Of a stretch of DNA of 64,000 bases, positions 9,072 through 19,563 are shown piece after piece (the stretch's first letter is position 1; each line of letters begins with the position of its first letter). The translations under genes and the position numbers were made by a program. The notes beneath the pieces are model-generated. The model saw nothing but the letters and a program-made list of their open reading frames with translations. It ran no database searches and had not been told where the DNA came from. The stretch is from Deltaproteobacteria bacterium (lineage in GTDB: Bacteria > Myxococcota_A > Polyangia > Polyangiales > Houyiibacteriaceae). The stretch spans positions 1 through 64,000 of the forward strand of contig JAXMNT010000006.1 in the NCBI GenBank assembly GCA_034670305.1. Reading direction: 5' to 3'.

Positions 9072-10217
9072 ATGAAGCGCAGTCTCTTCGGCGAAGAACA
9101 CGACCTCTTCCGCAAGGCCTTTCGGCAGTACGTCCAGACGGAGGTGGTGCCCCACCAAGAGCAATGGCGGCGCAATGGCATCGTGGATCGGGCGGCGTGG
9201 CGCAAGGCTGGGGCGCAGGGATTTCTGTGTCCGTGGCTCGAAGAGGAGTACGGCGGTCCAGGCGGCGACTTCCTCCACAGCGTCGTGGTCGTGGAGGAGC
9301 TGGCCAAGGTGTATGAGAGCGGGTTCGCCATGTCGCTGCACAGCGACATCATCGTTCCGTACATTCACGAGTTCGGGACGCCGGAGCAGAAGAAGAAGTG
9401 GCTGCCCGGATGTGCGAGCGGCGAGTTCATCACCGCGGTCGCGATGACGGAGCCCGGGACCGGCTCGGACCTCGCGGGCATCCGGACCACCGCGCGGCTC
9501 GAGGGCGACGAGTACGTGCTCGATGGCGCGAAGACGTTCATCTCCAATGGGATTCTCTGCGACCTGTGCATCGTCGCAGCGCGCACCGGAGGGCCCGACG
9601 ACAACCCGCATCAGAGCCTCTCGCTCTTCGTCGTCGAAGCGACGCGTCCTGGGTTCATCAAGGGGAAGAAGCTCGAGAAGATGGGCATGGCCTCGCAGGA
9701 CACGTCGGAGCTCGCGTTCGACGGGTGCCGGGTGCCGAAGGAGAACCTGCTTGGTCAGCCGGGCGCCGGGTTCTTCATGCTCATGCGCAAGCTGCAGCAG
9801 GAGCGGCTGGTGTGCGGCGTTGGATGCCAGGCCGGTGCGGTGCAGGTGCTAGAAGACACCATCGCGTACACGAAGGAGCGCGAGGCGTTCGGGCGGCCGA
9901 TCAGCAAGTTCCAGAACACCCGGTTCGTGCTCGCGGAGTGCGCGACGGAAGTGGAGGTCGGGCAGGCCTTTCTGGATGCGCTGTTGAAGCAGCACATCGC
10001 GGGGGAGTACCTCGTCAAGGAGTGCTCGATGAGCAAGCTCTGGCACTCCGAGATGATGGGGCGCGTGGTCGACGAGTGCCTGCAACTCTTCGGTGGCTAC
10101 GGCTACATGCTCGAGTACCCGATCAGTCGGGCGTACATGGACGCGCGCGTGCAGCGCATCTTCGCGGGCACGAACGAGATCATGAAGGTGATCATCTCGA
10201 AGCAGATGGGACTCTAA
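9072..10217 (+). CDS. acyl-CoA dehydrogenase
   Basis: AMTEPGTGSDL, GAKTFISNG, CLQLFGGYGYMLEYP, RIFAGTNEIM. Confidence 0.96.
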   Translation: MKRSLFGEEHDLFRKAFRQYVQTEVVPHQEQWRRNGIVDRAAWRKAGAQGFLCPWLEEEYGGPGGDFLHSVVVVEELAKVYESGFAMSLHSDIIVPYIHEFGTPEQKKKWLPGCASGEFITAVAMTEPGTGSDLAGIRTTARLEGDEYVLDGAKTFISNGILCDLCIVAARTGGPDDNPHQSLSLFVVEATRPGFIKGKKLEKMGMASQDTSELAFDGCRVPKENLLGQPGAGFFMLMRKLQQERLVCGVGCQAGAVQVLEDTIAYTKEREAFGRPISKFQNTRFVLAECATEVEVGQAFLDALLKQHIAGEYLVKECSMSKLWHSEMMGRVVDECLQLFGGYGYMLEYPISRAYMDARVQRIFAGTNEIMKVIISKQMGL

Positions 10218-10323
10218 GGTGGCGGCGGTCTGGTGGTTTTCCGCCGCTCCGCCGTTTCTGCGCTCCTAAGTTCGCGAGATCACTGCGCGGGTCGCGGGCA
10301 TGGAGGGTGCTCGTGACTGGGGC

Positions 10324-11274
10324 ATGACCCGGCCGCGGCGGCAGCTTCCGAACACGCTCTACCACCTGACCAAACGCATGGAGGGGCGACGGTGTTTCGC
10401 AGTGCCATGCAAACGCGTGAGCGAGACCTTTCGGTACTTGCTCGCCTGGGCCGCGTCGAAGACGGGCGTGGAGGTGTGCGCGTATTCGCTCCTCAGCAAC
10501 CACGTACACCTGGTGATCCTGGACCCGCTCGGGAAACGATCTGAGTTTGCGCGGCTGCTGTTCGGATCCTTCACCGTTGCCAGAAACCACGACTTGGGCC
10601 GGCGGGGTCCGATGTGGAAGCACGAAGAGTCGAAGGCGTCGCCGATCGTCGGGGCCAGCACCGCGCTCGAGCAGGTGCTGTACGTGATGAACAACGCAGT
10701 GGGGCACCGGCTCGTGCGCTACCAGGCGGACTACCCGGGGTTGTGGAGTCGCCCGGAGGACGTGGAAAAAACAGAGATCGTGCGGAGACCAGCGGGCGCG
10801 CACTGGGATGCGTTCGCTGGAGCCGCCTCCCTCGAGTTCCGTCTGTCGATGCTGCCGGGCATGGACGCACTGGTGTCGGTCCGAAGCGGGTGTTCGTTGA
10901 CGGATGCGTACCGGGAGAAGCTGATCACAGACCGGGCGGAGCACGAACGGCGCATCCACGCGCGTCACCGAGAGGAGAACCGCCAGCGGGCGCTCAGTGG
11001 GCGCCGCCCACGCGGCTACCTTGGCCGTCGGCGGGTGTTGAACACGGAGTTCGGCTACCAGCCGCCGGACGACGGACGCCCCAACTTCTCGTGGATCGCG
11101 CTCGCCGGGGACCGCGACGTGCGGAAGCGGCTCATCGCCGAGCGACGCGCGTTCCTCCGCGCCTACGACATCACACGCAGCAGGTGGCGGCGGGGGAACA
11201 AACATGCGCTGTGGCCGCCAGGGACCTACGCCGTGGTGAAGTTCTACGGAGGCGTCGCCGCAAACACGAGTTGA
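10324..11274 (+). mobile_element. REP-associated tyrosine transposase (RAYT / Y1 HUH family)
   Basis: YHLTKR N-terminus, AYSLLSNHVHLV (HUH), catalytic-Tyr region LYVMNN, DYPGLWS; codon usage looks less GC3-biased than its neighbours. Confidence 0.85.
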
Positions 11275-11538
11275 GCGCCGATCGGTTCGCGTGGTGGAAG
11301 GCCGCTCACGTCCGTGGGCGTCCTCGACGCGTCCGCCGCACGACTCTCGGACGCACGCGACCTCCCATCGGGCGAGTGTCCATTCGATCCGACCTGCCCG
11401 AGCGTCCTCCTGCATCCCTCGAGCCCGCCCGAGCGTCCGCCGAGTGCCCGACCGTGCGGCCAGCTCGTTGCTCAACAGCCCCCAGCCGAGGGCGCGGCTC
11501 AATTGACCTAGGGAATCGCTTGCCCCTGTTTTGACGGG

Positions 11539-14500
11539 CTAGGGTTGTTTTTGCAGGGGGGTGAGGAGGCGGAAGAGCGCGTCGATTCGCTCCACCGCGT
11601 CCCCTTCCTCGCTGTCCGAGGGGAAGCGGTAGGTGAGCTTCATGTCCGGGCTCAACTTCCATGGGCTGCGCGGCTTCCGAACGAGCGGGATGAGCTTCTT
11701 CGGGTCCAGCGGGGTGTCTTCGCGCAGGTGCATGGTGACGCGGGCGGAGGTGGCTTCGCAGCCGAGCACGCGGAAGTGCCTCAGGCGGGGGCGCAGGGAC
11801 ATGATGCGGACCAGTTGGCGGGCGGGTTCGGGGGGCGGGCCGAACCGGTCTTCCATCTCTTCGGCGAGGTCCTGGATCGACGCTTCGTCTTCGACCGAGC
11901 TGAACCGTTTGTAGAGTGAGAGGCGCAGTCCGACGTCGTCGACGTAGGTCTCTGGCAGGTAGTGCTCGAGGTCGACGGTGATCTCTGGATCGATCTCCTG
12001 CACAACCTCTTCGCCGCGCAGCTGCGCGATCGCTTCCTCCAGCATCTGCACGAAGAGGTCGAAGCCGATCATCGCCACGCTGCCGGACTGCTCGGCGCCG
12101 AGCAGGTCGCCGACCCCGCGCAGTTCCATGTCCAAAGACGCGACCTGGAACCCGCTGCCGAGCTCGGTGAACCGCTCGAGCGCGGTGATGCGCATGCGGG
12201 CGTCTTCGGTCATGCGCGAGGGCGGTGGCGTGACCAGGTAGCAGTACGCCCGCTCCCGAGAACGGCCGACGCGACCCCGGAGCTGGTAGAGCTGCGAGAG
12301 ACCAAACAGGTCCGCTCGGTCGACGATCATCGTGTTCGCCCGCGGAATGTCGAGCCCGCTCTCGATGATCGCGGTGCTGCAGAGCACGTCGTACTCGCCG
12401 GCGACGAAGTCGGTCATGGCCCGCTCGAGCTCGCCTTCTTTCATCTGTCCGTGCGCGACAACAAATCGAACATTGGGGAGCAGCGATTGCAGCCGCGTCG
12501 CCCGTTCGTAGAGCCCGTCGATGCGGTTGTAGACGAAGAACACCTGGCCCCCGCGGTTCACCTCCCGCTGGATCGCTTCTCGGATGGTGTGGTCGTCCCA
12601 CCGGCACGCGAACGTCCGCACTGCGCGCCGATCCACGGGCGCCGTCGCGATCAGCGACAGATCCCGCATGCCGCCGATCGCGAGCTGCAAGGTCCTCGGA
12701 ATGGGCGTGGCGCTCAACGTGAGCACGTCGACATCCGACTTGAGCGACTTGATGCGCTCCTTGTGCGCGACGCCGAAGCGCTGCTCTTCGTCCACGACCA
12801 GCAGCCCGAGGTCCGCGAAGTGCACGTCCTTCGACAAGAGCCGGTGCGTGCCGACGATCACATCGACGGTGCCTTCCTTCACGCCGGCCAGCGTCTCGGT
12901 GCTCGCCTTCTTGTCGACGAACCGCGAGAGCACCGCGACCTTGAGCGGGTAGGGCTCGAGCCGGTCCCGGAAGTTCTGGTAGTGCTGCTGTGCGAGCACG
13001 GTGGTCGGGCACAACACCGCCACCTGCCGTCCCGCCATCGCCAGACGGAACGCCGCTCGAAGCGCGACTTCGGTTTTGCCGAAACCGACGTCGCCACAGA
13101 CCAGCCGATCCATGGGACGCCCGGTCTCCAGATCCGTGAGCACGTCGTCGATCGCCCGCGCCTGGTCGCGGGTCTCTTCGAACGGAAACGTCGCTTCGAA
13201 CTCAGCGTAGGAGCGTCCCGCCGGAGGCAGCCCCGGTCGAGACGCCGCCGCACGCTCCGCGTACAACTTCAAGAGGTCGTCTGCGAGTTTGGCGACCGCC
13301 TTGCGCACCTTCGACTTCTTCTTCGCGAACGTCGCACCGCCGAGCCGATCGAGTTTCGGTGCGTGGCCTTCCTTGCCCGAGAACTTCTGGATCAAGTTCA
13401 GCTTCGTCATCGGCACGAACAGGCGATCGCTGCCGTTGTATTCGACGATCAGCGCTTCGACGATCCGTGGCTCTTCGCCGTTCAACCGTTGCAAGGACGT
13501 CTGGGCCATCGCTTTGCGTTCGATGCCGAGGTAGCGCCCGATGCCGTGGTCGGAGTGCACGACGTAGTCGCCCACCTGCAGCGCGCGCAGGTCTTCCAGA
13601 AACGACTGCGCCTGGGTCCGCTTGCGCGGCTTCTTCTGCTTCTTGGCGCGGGTTGCGCGGGTGCCGAAGATCTCCCCTTCGGTGAGTACGACCAGTCCTT
13701 CGGAGGGCCAACTGAAGCCATCTTCGAGTCCACCGATGATGATCTCGACGCCCTGACCCGAACGCCGGGCTCCGGGCGCAAACGCACCTGGCACTGCCGG
13801 CCCCGGTTTGCCCGAGACCGCCACGTCGTAGCCCTTGAGAAGCGACACGAGCCGGTCGGCTTGGGACCGGGTGCGCACCGTGAGCACCACCCGCGTGCCC
13901 ATCTCCAGCCACCCCGCGATCTGTTGAGCGACCGGACGCAGCGTGTCGTCTCCACCGACGCTGCGCCGAGCCTTCAACTCGGCGACGAGCGGCAGGTGGT
14001 CGGTGGCGCCGAGGTTGCGTGGCTCGTCGTGCCGGATGAACCGTTCGAGTTCGTTCAGATCAGCCGCCCCATCCACAGGTGGAAGTGGCTGGGTGCGGTG
14101 GAGAACGAGCCGCGTCCGACCGGCGGTCGCCTGCATCAACTCGTCTTCGTCTGCGTACAGTCGTTCGAGTGCGTACGCCGCGGCTCCGCCGCTGACCTTC
14201 GCTTCGCGGTCTTCGGTCGCGCGTGTGAGTTCGACGTCCGCGCATCCCGCGATGCCCTTCGGATCGAAGAACACGACCGGTACATCTGGCGTGTAGTCGA
14301 GCAGTGTCTCGAGTGTCTCGTAGAACGCCGGCAGCAACGCGTCGACGCCGTAGAAGGCCCGGTTCGCTTCGAGATCCCCCAGCAGCTGACGCGTCTGCTT
14401 GGTCGGCATGTTCGCGTCGTCGCAGAGCTCGCGCACCCGGCCGAGCGCGGCGTCGCGTTCCTTCGGCGCGAGCACGGTGTCCCGCACCGGATGAATGAAC

Positions 14501-15201
14501 ACCTTCGGGACGGTCTGTAGCGTGCGCTGATCGTCGGGGTCGAAACGCTTGATGCTGACGACCAACCAGTCGTCGAGCTCGATGCGTGCGGGGTACTGGG
14601 CGTGCGGTGGGTATACGTCGAGGATCGATCCGCGCACCGCGAACGTGCCCGGGTCCTCAGCGATCGGCACCCGGAGGTAGCCACCTGCGACCAAGGTGTC
14701 GAGAAGTGCGTCGCGGTCGACTTCCGTCTCGGCCTCCACGACCGCGCTGCGGGCGCGCACGACGTCGTGGGGCGGCACCCGTCGCAGCGCCGCCGCGACT
14801 GGCGCCACGACGAAGTTCCATGGCAGCCCACTCGCCAGATGAAAGAGCACCGCGAGCCGGTCCATCGCAGTCCGGCGGTCGGGCGCGACCGCGATGAACG
14901 GTGTGGTGTCGAGCGTGGGAAAGTGCAGCACGCTCTTCTGGCCCTCGGCCGAGGGCGCGAAGAAGCGCAGGTCGGTGACCAGCCGACGCGCGGTCTCGCC
15001 ATCGCCGGTCAGCACCACCATGGGCCCGGTCTTCTCCGCGGCCCGCGCCAGGAAGTGGGCGGCGGCGCCCGAGGGCAGGCCCAGCAGATCCAGCCGCGCG
15101 CCCGGCGTCAGCCGCTCGATCGCGTCTTCCGGACGGAGGTCTCCCCGGGTGAGCGCGTCGATGGTCGGTGTCCCAACTTCGTCCACGGGGGCCGCATTCA
15201 T
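11539..15201 (-). CDS. mfd: transcription-repair coupling factor
   Basis: CarD-like GDYVVHSDHGIG, MDRLVCGDVGFGKTEVA, VVDEEQRFG, QLRGRVGR, C-terminal TRCF domain. Confidence 0.98.
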   Translation of the reverse strand: MNAAPVDEVGTPTIDALTRGDLRPEDAIERLTPGARLDLLGLPSGAAAHFLARAAEKTGPMVVLTGDGETARRLVTDLRFFAPSAEGQKSVLHFPTLDTTPFIAVAPDRRTAMDRLAVLFHLASGLPWNFVVAPVAAALRRVPPHDVVRARSAVVEAETEVDRDALLDTLVAGGYLRVPIAEDPGTFAVRGSILDVYPPHAQYPARIELDDWLVVSIKRFDPDDQRTLQTVPKVFIHPVRDTVLAPKERDAALGRVRELCDDANMPTKQTRQLLGDLEANRAFYGVDALLPAFYETLETLLDYTPDVPVVFFDPKGIAGCADVELTRATEDREAKVSGGAAAYALERLYADEDELMQATAGRTRLVLHRTQPLPPVDGAADLNELERFIRHDEPRNLGATDHLPLVAELKARRSVGGDDTLRPVAQQIAGWLEMGTRVVLTVRTRSQADRLVSLLKGYDVAVSGKPGPAVPGAFAPGARRSGQGVEIIIGGLEDGFSWPSEGLVVLTEGEIFGTRATRAKKQKKPRKRTQAQSFLEDLRALQVGDYVVHSDHGIGRYLGIERKAMAQTSLQRLNGEEPRIVEALIVEYNGSDRLFVPMTKLNLIQKFSGKEGHAPKLDRLGGATFAKKKSKVRKAVAKLADDLLKLYAERAAASRPGLPPAGRSYAEFEATFPFEETRDQARAIDDVLTDLETGRPMDRLVCGDVGFGKTEVALRAAFRLAMAGRQVAVLCPTTVLAQQHYQNFRDRLEPYPLKVAVLSRFVDKKASTETLAGVKEGTVDVIVGTHRLLSKDVHFADLGLLVVDEEQRFGVAHKERIKSLKSDVDVLTLSATPIPRTLQLAIGGMRDLSLIATAPVDRRAVRTFACRWDDHTIREAIQREVNRGGQVFFVYNRIDGLYERATRLQSLLPNVRFVVAHGQMKEGELERAMTDFVAGEYDVLCSTAIIESGLDIPRANTMIVDRADLFGLSQLYQLRGRVGRSRERAYCYLVTPPPSRMTEDARMRITALERFTELGSGFQVASLDMELRGVGDLLGAEQSGSVAMIGFDLFVQMLEEAIAQLRGEEVVQEIDPEITVDLEHYLPETYVDDVGLRLSLYKRFSSVEDEASIQDLAEEMEDRFGPPPEPARQLVRIMSLRPRLRHFRVLGCEATSARVTMHLREDTPLDPKKLIPLVRKPRSPWKLSPDMKLTYRFPSDSEEGDAVERIDALFRLLTPLQKQP

Positions 15202-15280
15202 GGGGCGGCGACGCGAACGGCGCCACCCAAACACCAATTGGGGCTGGAATTCCTCCCGCTCGTCGTAGCCTCCAGACTGG

Positions 15281-16033
15281 ATGAAACATCTGCTGCTGTC
15301 GGTTGCCCTGGGTTGGATGGTGCCGACGCTCGTTCGCGGTCAGGCGCCAGATCCTCCGTGCCCGGACTGTGCACCCGAGCGCGCGGTGGAACTCGCGAAC
15401 CCGAGAGCCCCCGTCCCGTCTCGGCTCGACTCTGCCCCGGTCGAAGTCGCGCAGGTTCAGACAACGGACGCTCGAAGGGCGGCGCTCCAAGTGCAGCGCT
15501 CCCAGCTGCGTCTCGGGCTCTTTGCAGCGCTCGGCTACACGGGGTTTAGAGGCACCCAGTTCGCGAGCGAGACCACGGACCCTTTGTCGATCGATGCGCC
15601 TCGGTTCGGGCTCGGATTGGACGTTCGAAAGAACTTCGCCCACTGGGCAGGGGTTCGCATCCGGGTCGGGTTCGATGCCGCGGTGTCCAGGCCCGACCGT
15701 TCATTCTTCGGAGAACCCATCACCTACCGCGCCCTCGCGCTGCGCGTGTTCGTGGCGCCCGCGATCCGCTTCGGCCGGACCCATCGCCGCGCCCCGTTCT
15801 ATGCCGACGTCGGCGGTCACCTCGACGCCATCCTCTACCGAGTCGAGCCGACCGGTGAGCTTGGTCCACGGACCAAAGAGGTGAGGTTCAGCATCGGACC
15901 GGAGATCGGGGTCGGTGTGGTGTTCGGCGAAGAACGGTTCGACCTCGGCATCCGAAGCAACCTGGGCTTCCAGGGTCGCCGCCAGTTCCAGTTCTGGGGA
16001 ACCGACCTGGTCTTCTCGGTCTCGTTTCTCTGA
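15281..16033 (+). CDS. hypothetical exported protein, probable outer-membrane beta-barrel
   Basis: Signal-like N-terminus, amphipathic beta-strands, aromatic C-terminus (VFSVSFL). Confidence 0.6.
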   Translation: MKHLLLSVALGWMVPTLVRGQAPDPPCPDCAPERAVELANPRAPVPSRLDSAPVEVAQVQTTDARRAALQVQRSQLRLGLFAALGYTGFRGTQFASETTDPLSIDAPRFGLGLDVRKNFAHWAGVRIRVGFDAAVSRPDRSFFGEPITYRALALRVFVAPAIRFGRTHRRAPFYADVGGHLDAILYRVEPTGELGPRTKEVRFSIGPEIGVGVVFGEERFDLGIRSNLGFQGRRQFQFWGTDLVFSVSFL

Positions 16034-16054
16034 GCTGCGAAGCCGGGAGGCGGA

Positions 16055-16984
16055 CTAGCCGCGCAGGTGGGTGAGTGCGGCCTGGAAGTCTTCGGGCGGT
16101 TCACGTTCGAAGCGCAGGGTCTCGCCGCTCGTCGGGTGCACGAATCCGAGCACCGCGGCGTGGAGCGCTTGGCGTCCGATCAAATGGGCCGCTTCGCGCG
16201 CCACAGGATCTTTGGGGGTGCGGCCGTACATGTGGTCGCCGAGCACCGCGTGGTGGTGGTCGGCGAGGTGCACGCGGATCTGGTGCGTGCGTCCCGTCTC
16301 CAACGTGCATTGCACCAGCGTCGCACCCGTCAACTGTTCGACCGGGCGCACGTGGGTCGTCGCGTGTTTGCCCTCGTCGACCTTGCTCGTGAACCGTTTG
16401 CGGTCCGAAGGATGCCGCCCGTGGAGGGTGCTGAAGGTGGTGGCGCGTACGAAGGCACCCACGACGATCGCGTCGTAGCGGCGCTCGATGTCGTGGGCGG
16501 CGAACAGCGCCATCATGTGCTCGCGTGCATGGGTGCGCTTGGCGACGACCATCACGCCGCTCGTGTCCTTGTCGAGCCGGTGCACGATGCCCGGCCGCAT
16601 CGGGTCTCCACCTTCTTCGAAGGTCACGTGATGCAGCAGCGCGTTGACGAGCGTGCCGTCTGGATGGCCAGGGGCGGGGTGGACGACGAGCCCGGCGGGT
16701 TTGAACACCACGACCACGTCGTCGTCTTGGTGGAGAATCTCGAGCGGCAGGTCCTGCGGGATCGCCTTCGATGTTTCCGGCGGCATGGGCCGGACCACGA
16801 TGGTCTGACCTTGCCAGAGCCGGGTCTTGGGCGCAGCGACCACTCCGTCCACCGTCAGGCGGCCGTCGTCGAGCCACCGCTTGAGTGCACTTCGAGACGC
16901 GACGCCACGGGCGCTGACCACCTTGTCGATCCGCTCGCCTTCTTCGGCGGCGGTCACGATCAGCTCGATGTCGTCAGGCGGCAT
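16055..16984 (-). CDS. rluD: RluA-family 23S rRNA pseudouridine synthase (RluD-like)
   Basis: S4 domain, KPAGLVVHP, GIVHRLDKDTSG, LETGRTHQIRVH, RQALHA. Confidence 0.92.
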   Translation of the reverse strand: MPPDDIELIVTAAEEGERIDKVVSARGVASRSALKRWLDDGRLTVDGVVAAPKTRLWQGQTIVVRPMPPETSKAIPQDLPLEILHQDDDVVVVFKPAGLVVHPAPGHPDGTLVNALLHHVTFEEGGDPMRPGIVHRLDKDTSGVMVVAKRTHAREHMMALFAAHDIERRYDAIVVGAFVRATTFSTLHGRHPSDRKRFTSKVDEGKHATTHVRPVEQLTGATLVQCTLETGRTHQIRVHLADHHHAVLGDHMYGRTPKDPVAREAAHLIGRQALHAAVLGFVHPTSGETLRFEREPPEDFQAALTHLRG

Positions 16985-17032
16985 GGACGGCGACTGTGAC
17001 AGTGCAGCCGATCATGTGCGAGCGCTCGGCCG

Positions 17033-17296
17033 CTACCACATGGGCGACGCGACGTGACCCTTCGAACGAACGAGGATGTCGATGATCGCTCGGTCGTAGA
17101 AGTTCTTCGCGTAGAGCTCGGGCGCGACACGACTCTTGAAGAGCGCGCGTCCTTCTTCGATCTCGTCCGCGAGGGCATCGAAAAGCCGGTCGCCTACCAC
17201 GCCCTCGACGATCTTGTCTTCGTTGTAGAGGGAGAGGTCGCTGGCGATGGCCCGTGCGAGCCGCCGTGCTGCCTCTTCTGTCTCGATGAGCGCCAT
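17033..17296 (-). CDS. small helical hypothetical protein
   Basis: ARRLARAIASDLSLYN...EIEEGRALFKSRV pattern, recalled from Myxococcota/Desulfobacterota proteins; GATACT-N6-ATG upstream. Confidence 0.8.
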   Translation of the reverse strand: MALIETEEAARRLARAIASDLSLYNEDKIVEGVVGDRLFDALADEIEEGRALFKSRVAPELYAKNFYDRAIIDILVRSKGHVASPMW

Positions 17297-17444
17297 GACG
17301 CGAGTATCGCCGATCGGGGAGGGCGCGGTCAAAGTTTGGTTGCGGTCGCGCCGATTCGCGTGCCGCCCGACGGCGTCCGAGCGCCGGACCGTGCTCGAGT
17401 CGGCCCGTGCACCGCCAAAATCAGGACTTAGGGTACCGGCCGCC

Positions 17445-17888
17445 ATGTCACGGCTTCCGCTACTCGTCCGACTTCCTTCGCCGCTCGCCTGTCGTGCGGA
17501 CCGCTGGCGTGCGCGCCTCGGTCGAATCGCGAAGTCGGTCCGGAGCGACCGGATGCTCATGACCTCGCGGTTCGATTTTCACTGCGACGAGCGCCGCTTC
17601 GCCTCGGCGATGTTGGAACGGTTCACCCATCTGTGGCTCTTCCGGGCCGATCAACGCCGCCGTTGCGGCGACTTCGTGGTGGTCGACATGTCGAGTCCTT
17701 CGCCCAAGCGGCGCGGGGTGTTCGTGCTGGATCTGAAGCTCGGCGCGCCGCTGGTCGAGCGCGCCGGGGTGCAGATGCTCAACGTGCCACTCGCGCTGCA
17801 GGAGTTGAGCGCGTCGGGCACGGCGCTGGCGCCGGAAGCGACGACCCTCATGGGCGACGGCGCCAAGCTCCTGCATCACTGGAACTAG
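17445..17888 (+). CDS. hypothetical protein with PD-(D/E)XK-like motif
   Basis: 147 aa; E...GDFVVVD...FVLDLK...Q arrangement; GC-typical codon usage. Confidence 0.6.
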   Translation: MSRLPLLVRLPSPLACRADRWRARLGRIAKSVRSDRMLMTSRFDFHCDERRFASAMLERFTHLWLFRADQRRRCGDFVVVDMSSPSPKRRGVFVLDLKLGAPLVERAGVQMLNVPLALQELSASGTALAPEATTLMGDGAKLLHHWN

Positions 17889-17894
17889 TCCAGG

Positions 17895-18126
<232 letters not shown>

Positions 18127-18141
18127 CAACGCGCGGCAAAC

Positions 18142-18180
18142 GAAGAAGGCCGGCTCCCTCGCGGGGGCCGGCCTCTTTCT
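18142..18180. terminator. probable bidirectional intrinsic terminator
   Basis: GGCCGGCTCCC-TCGC-GGGGGCCGGCC stem flanked by GAAGAA and TCTTTC between convergent genes. Confidence 0.7.
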
Positions 18181-18196
18181 ACGCGCTGGGGTCTCT

Positions 18197-19414
18197 CTAC
18201 TCGCTCGGGACCTGCTGGCTCCGGAGGCCGCGCAGCGAGATGCTCGTGACGGCGCCCGCGAACACCTGCGCGCGGTACCAGCCGAGGCTCACGACTTCCC
18301 CATCGATGCGGGTGACGCCGGCGATGTCGACGGGCCCCTCCGGCACGTCGAGCGACGCGTAGAGGCCGAGCAAGCTCGTGCCCACGCTGTTGCGGCCGTT
18401 GTCGGGCAGGGGGTTGTCGGGGTTGTCGTTGAAGTAGGTGAAGAGCTGCGGCTCGGGGCTCGTCGCCATGTGGGCGAACTCGATCCGGACGTCGTCGCAG
18501 TCGTGCGCTTCGCCGGCGACGACGCCGCTCGTGCGCCGGATGCCATCGACCAGGCCGGCGGTGAGCGGGATGCTCTCCCAGTCCGCCGTGGAGATGATGC
18601 GGGCCCGGTACTCCCAGCGGGGGTTGTCGCCGAACGCGGCGTGGGTGCGCAGCGTCTCGCAGGCGTCGCCGGGGACCGCGTCGGTTTCGACGTCCACATC
18701 GTTGAGGGCTTGGATGTTGTACGAGTAGATGTCGCGCCAGAAGCCGGCGTCGCCGGTGCTCTTGACGATGAGCGGGGTCTCGCTCGGGATGTTCGGGATG
18801 ACGTAGAAGCCGAGTTCCCGCGTACCGACGACGACGTCGCGCTCGATCTCGTCTTCGGTCTCCGAACAGGGGTCTTCGATGGAAGCGACCGCGCTGCCGA
18901 GCAGCGCGCCGAGCGTGCCGCCCGGACCCTCTTCGTAGACTTCGACCGTGATCGCATCGGCGTTCGCGCCGTTGCCGAACACATCGACCACGCCGTACAT
19001 CGTGACCATTTGGGGGGTGCCGGCTGGCCGGTACGAGCCCGGCATGTTGCATCCGAGGTTGGGCACGCCGTCGCCGCCGTCCGCGTCGCAGAAGTCGTCC
19101 TTCGGGTTGCGCATGGTCTCGCCGGTCGCCTCGAGCTGGTTGCAGCCCACGAGGTTGCCCGCGAGCGCGTCGCCTTCCATCGGCGTCAGAGAGCAGGTGC
19201 AGGCGGTCTCGAGCTCCGAGGCGGAGCAGGAAGGTGCCCGCACGCACGTGCCGGTGAAGACCTCGTCGAATGCGACCCCGTTGTCGGCCGGTCCGCCGTC
19301 CTCTTCGGGGCCACCATCGACGCCCGGACCGGTGTCCGCGACCCCGCTGTCGTCGTCCCCGCAGCCGAACAGAGAGAGCGCCAAGAATCCAACCAAGAAT
19401 GCGCGTGAAGTCAT
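18197..19414 (-). CDS. myxobacterial Cys-containing lipoprotein with beta-sandwich (carboxypeptidase-regulatory-like) domains
   Basis: Lipobox LSLFG-C, acidic linker, Cys pairs, beta-rich C-terminal part. Confidence 0.75.
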   Translation of the reverse strand: MTSRAFLVGFLALSLFGCGDDDSGVADTGPGVDGGPEEDGGPADNGVAFDEVFTGTCVRAPSCSASELETACTCSLTPMEGDALAGNLVGCNQLEATGETMRNPKDDFCDADGGDGVPNLGCNMPGSYRPAGTPQMVTMYGVVDVFGNGANADAITVEVYEEGPGGTLGALLGSAVASIEDPCSETEDEIERDVVVGTRELGFYVIPNIPSETPLIVKSTGDAGFWRDIYSYNIQALNDVDVETDAVPGDACETLRTHAAFGDNPRWEYRARIISTADWESIPLTAGLVDGIRRTSGVVAGEAHDCDDVRIEFAHMATSPEPQLFTYFNDNPDNPLPDNGRNSVGTSLLGLYASLDVPEGPVDIAGVTRIDGEVVSLGWYRAQVFAGAVTSISLRGLRSQQVPSE

Positions 19415-19563
19415 CGGAAGCCTTTCGAGCGACACCCTAGCCAGGGGCGTGCCTTTCATTCAAGTGCAGCAATCAACCCGGGCCGTGGCGAGCCCGCAGC
19501 GGCATCCGCTGAGGTGGCAGCCGTTGGCCAGTCTCGTGAGGCGAGCCCGCAGCGGCAAGAAGC

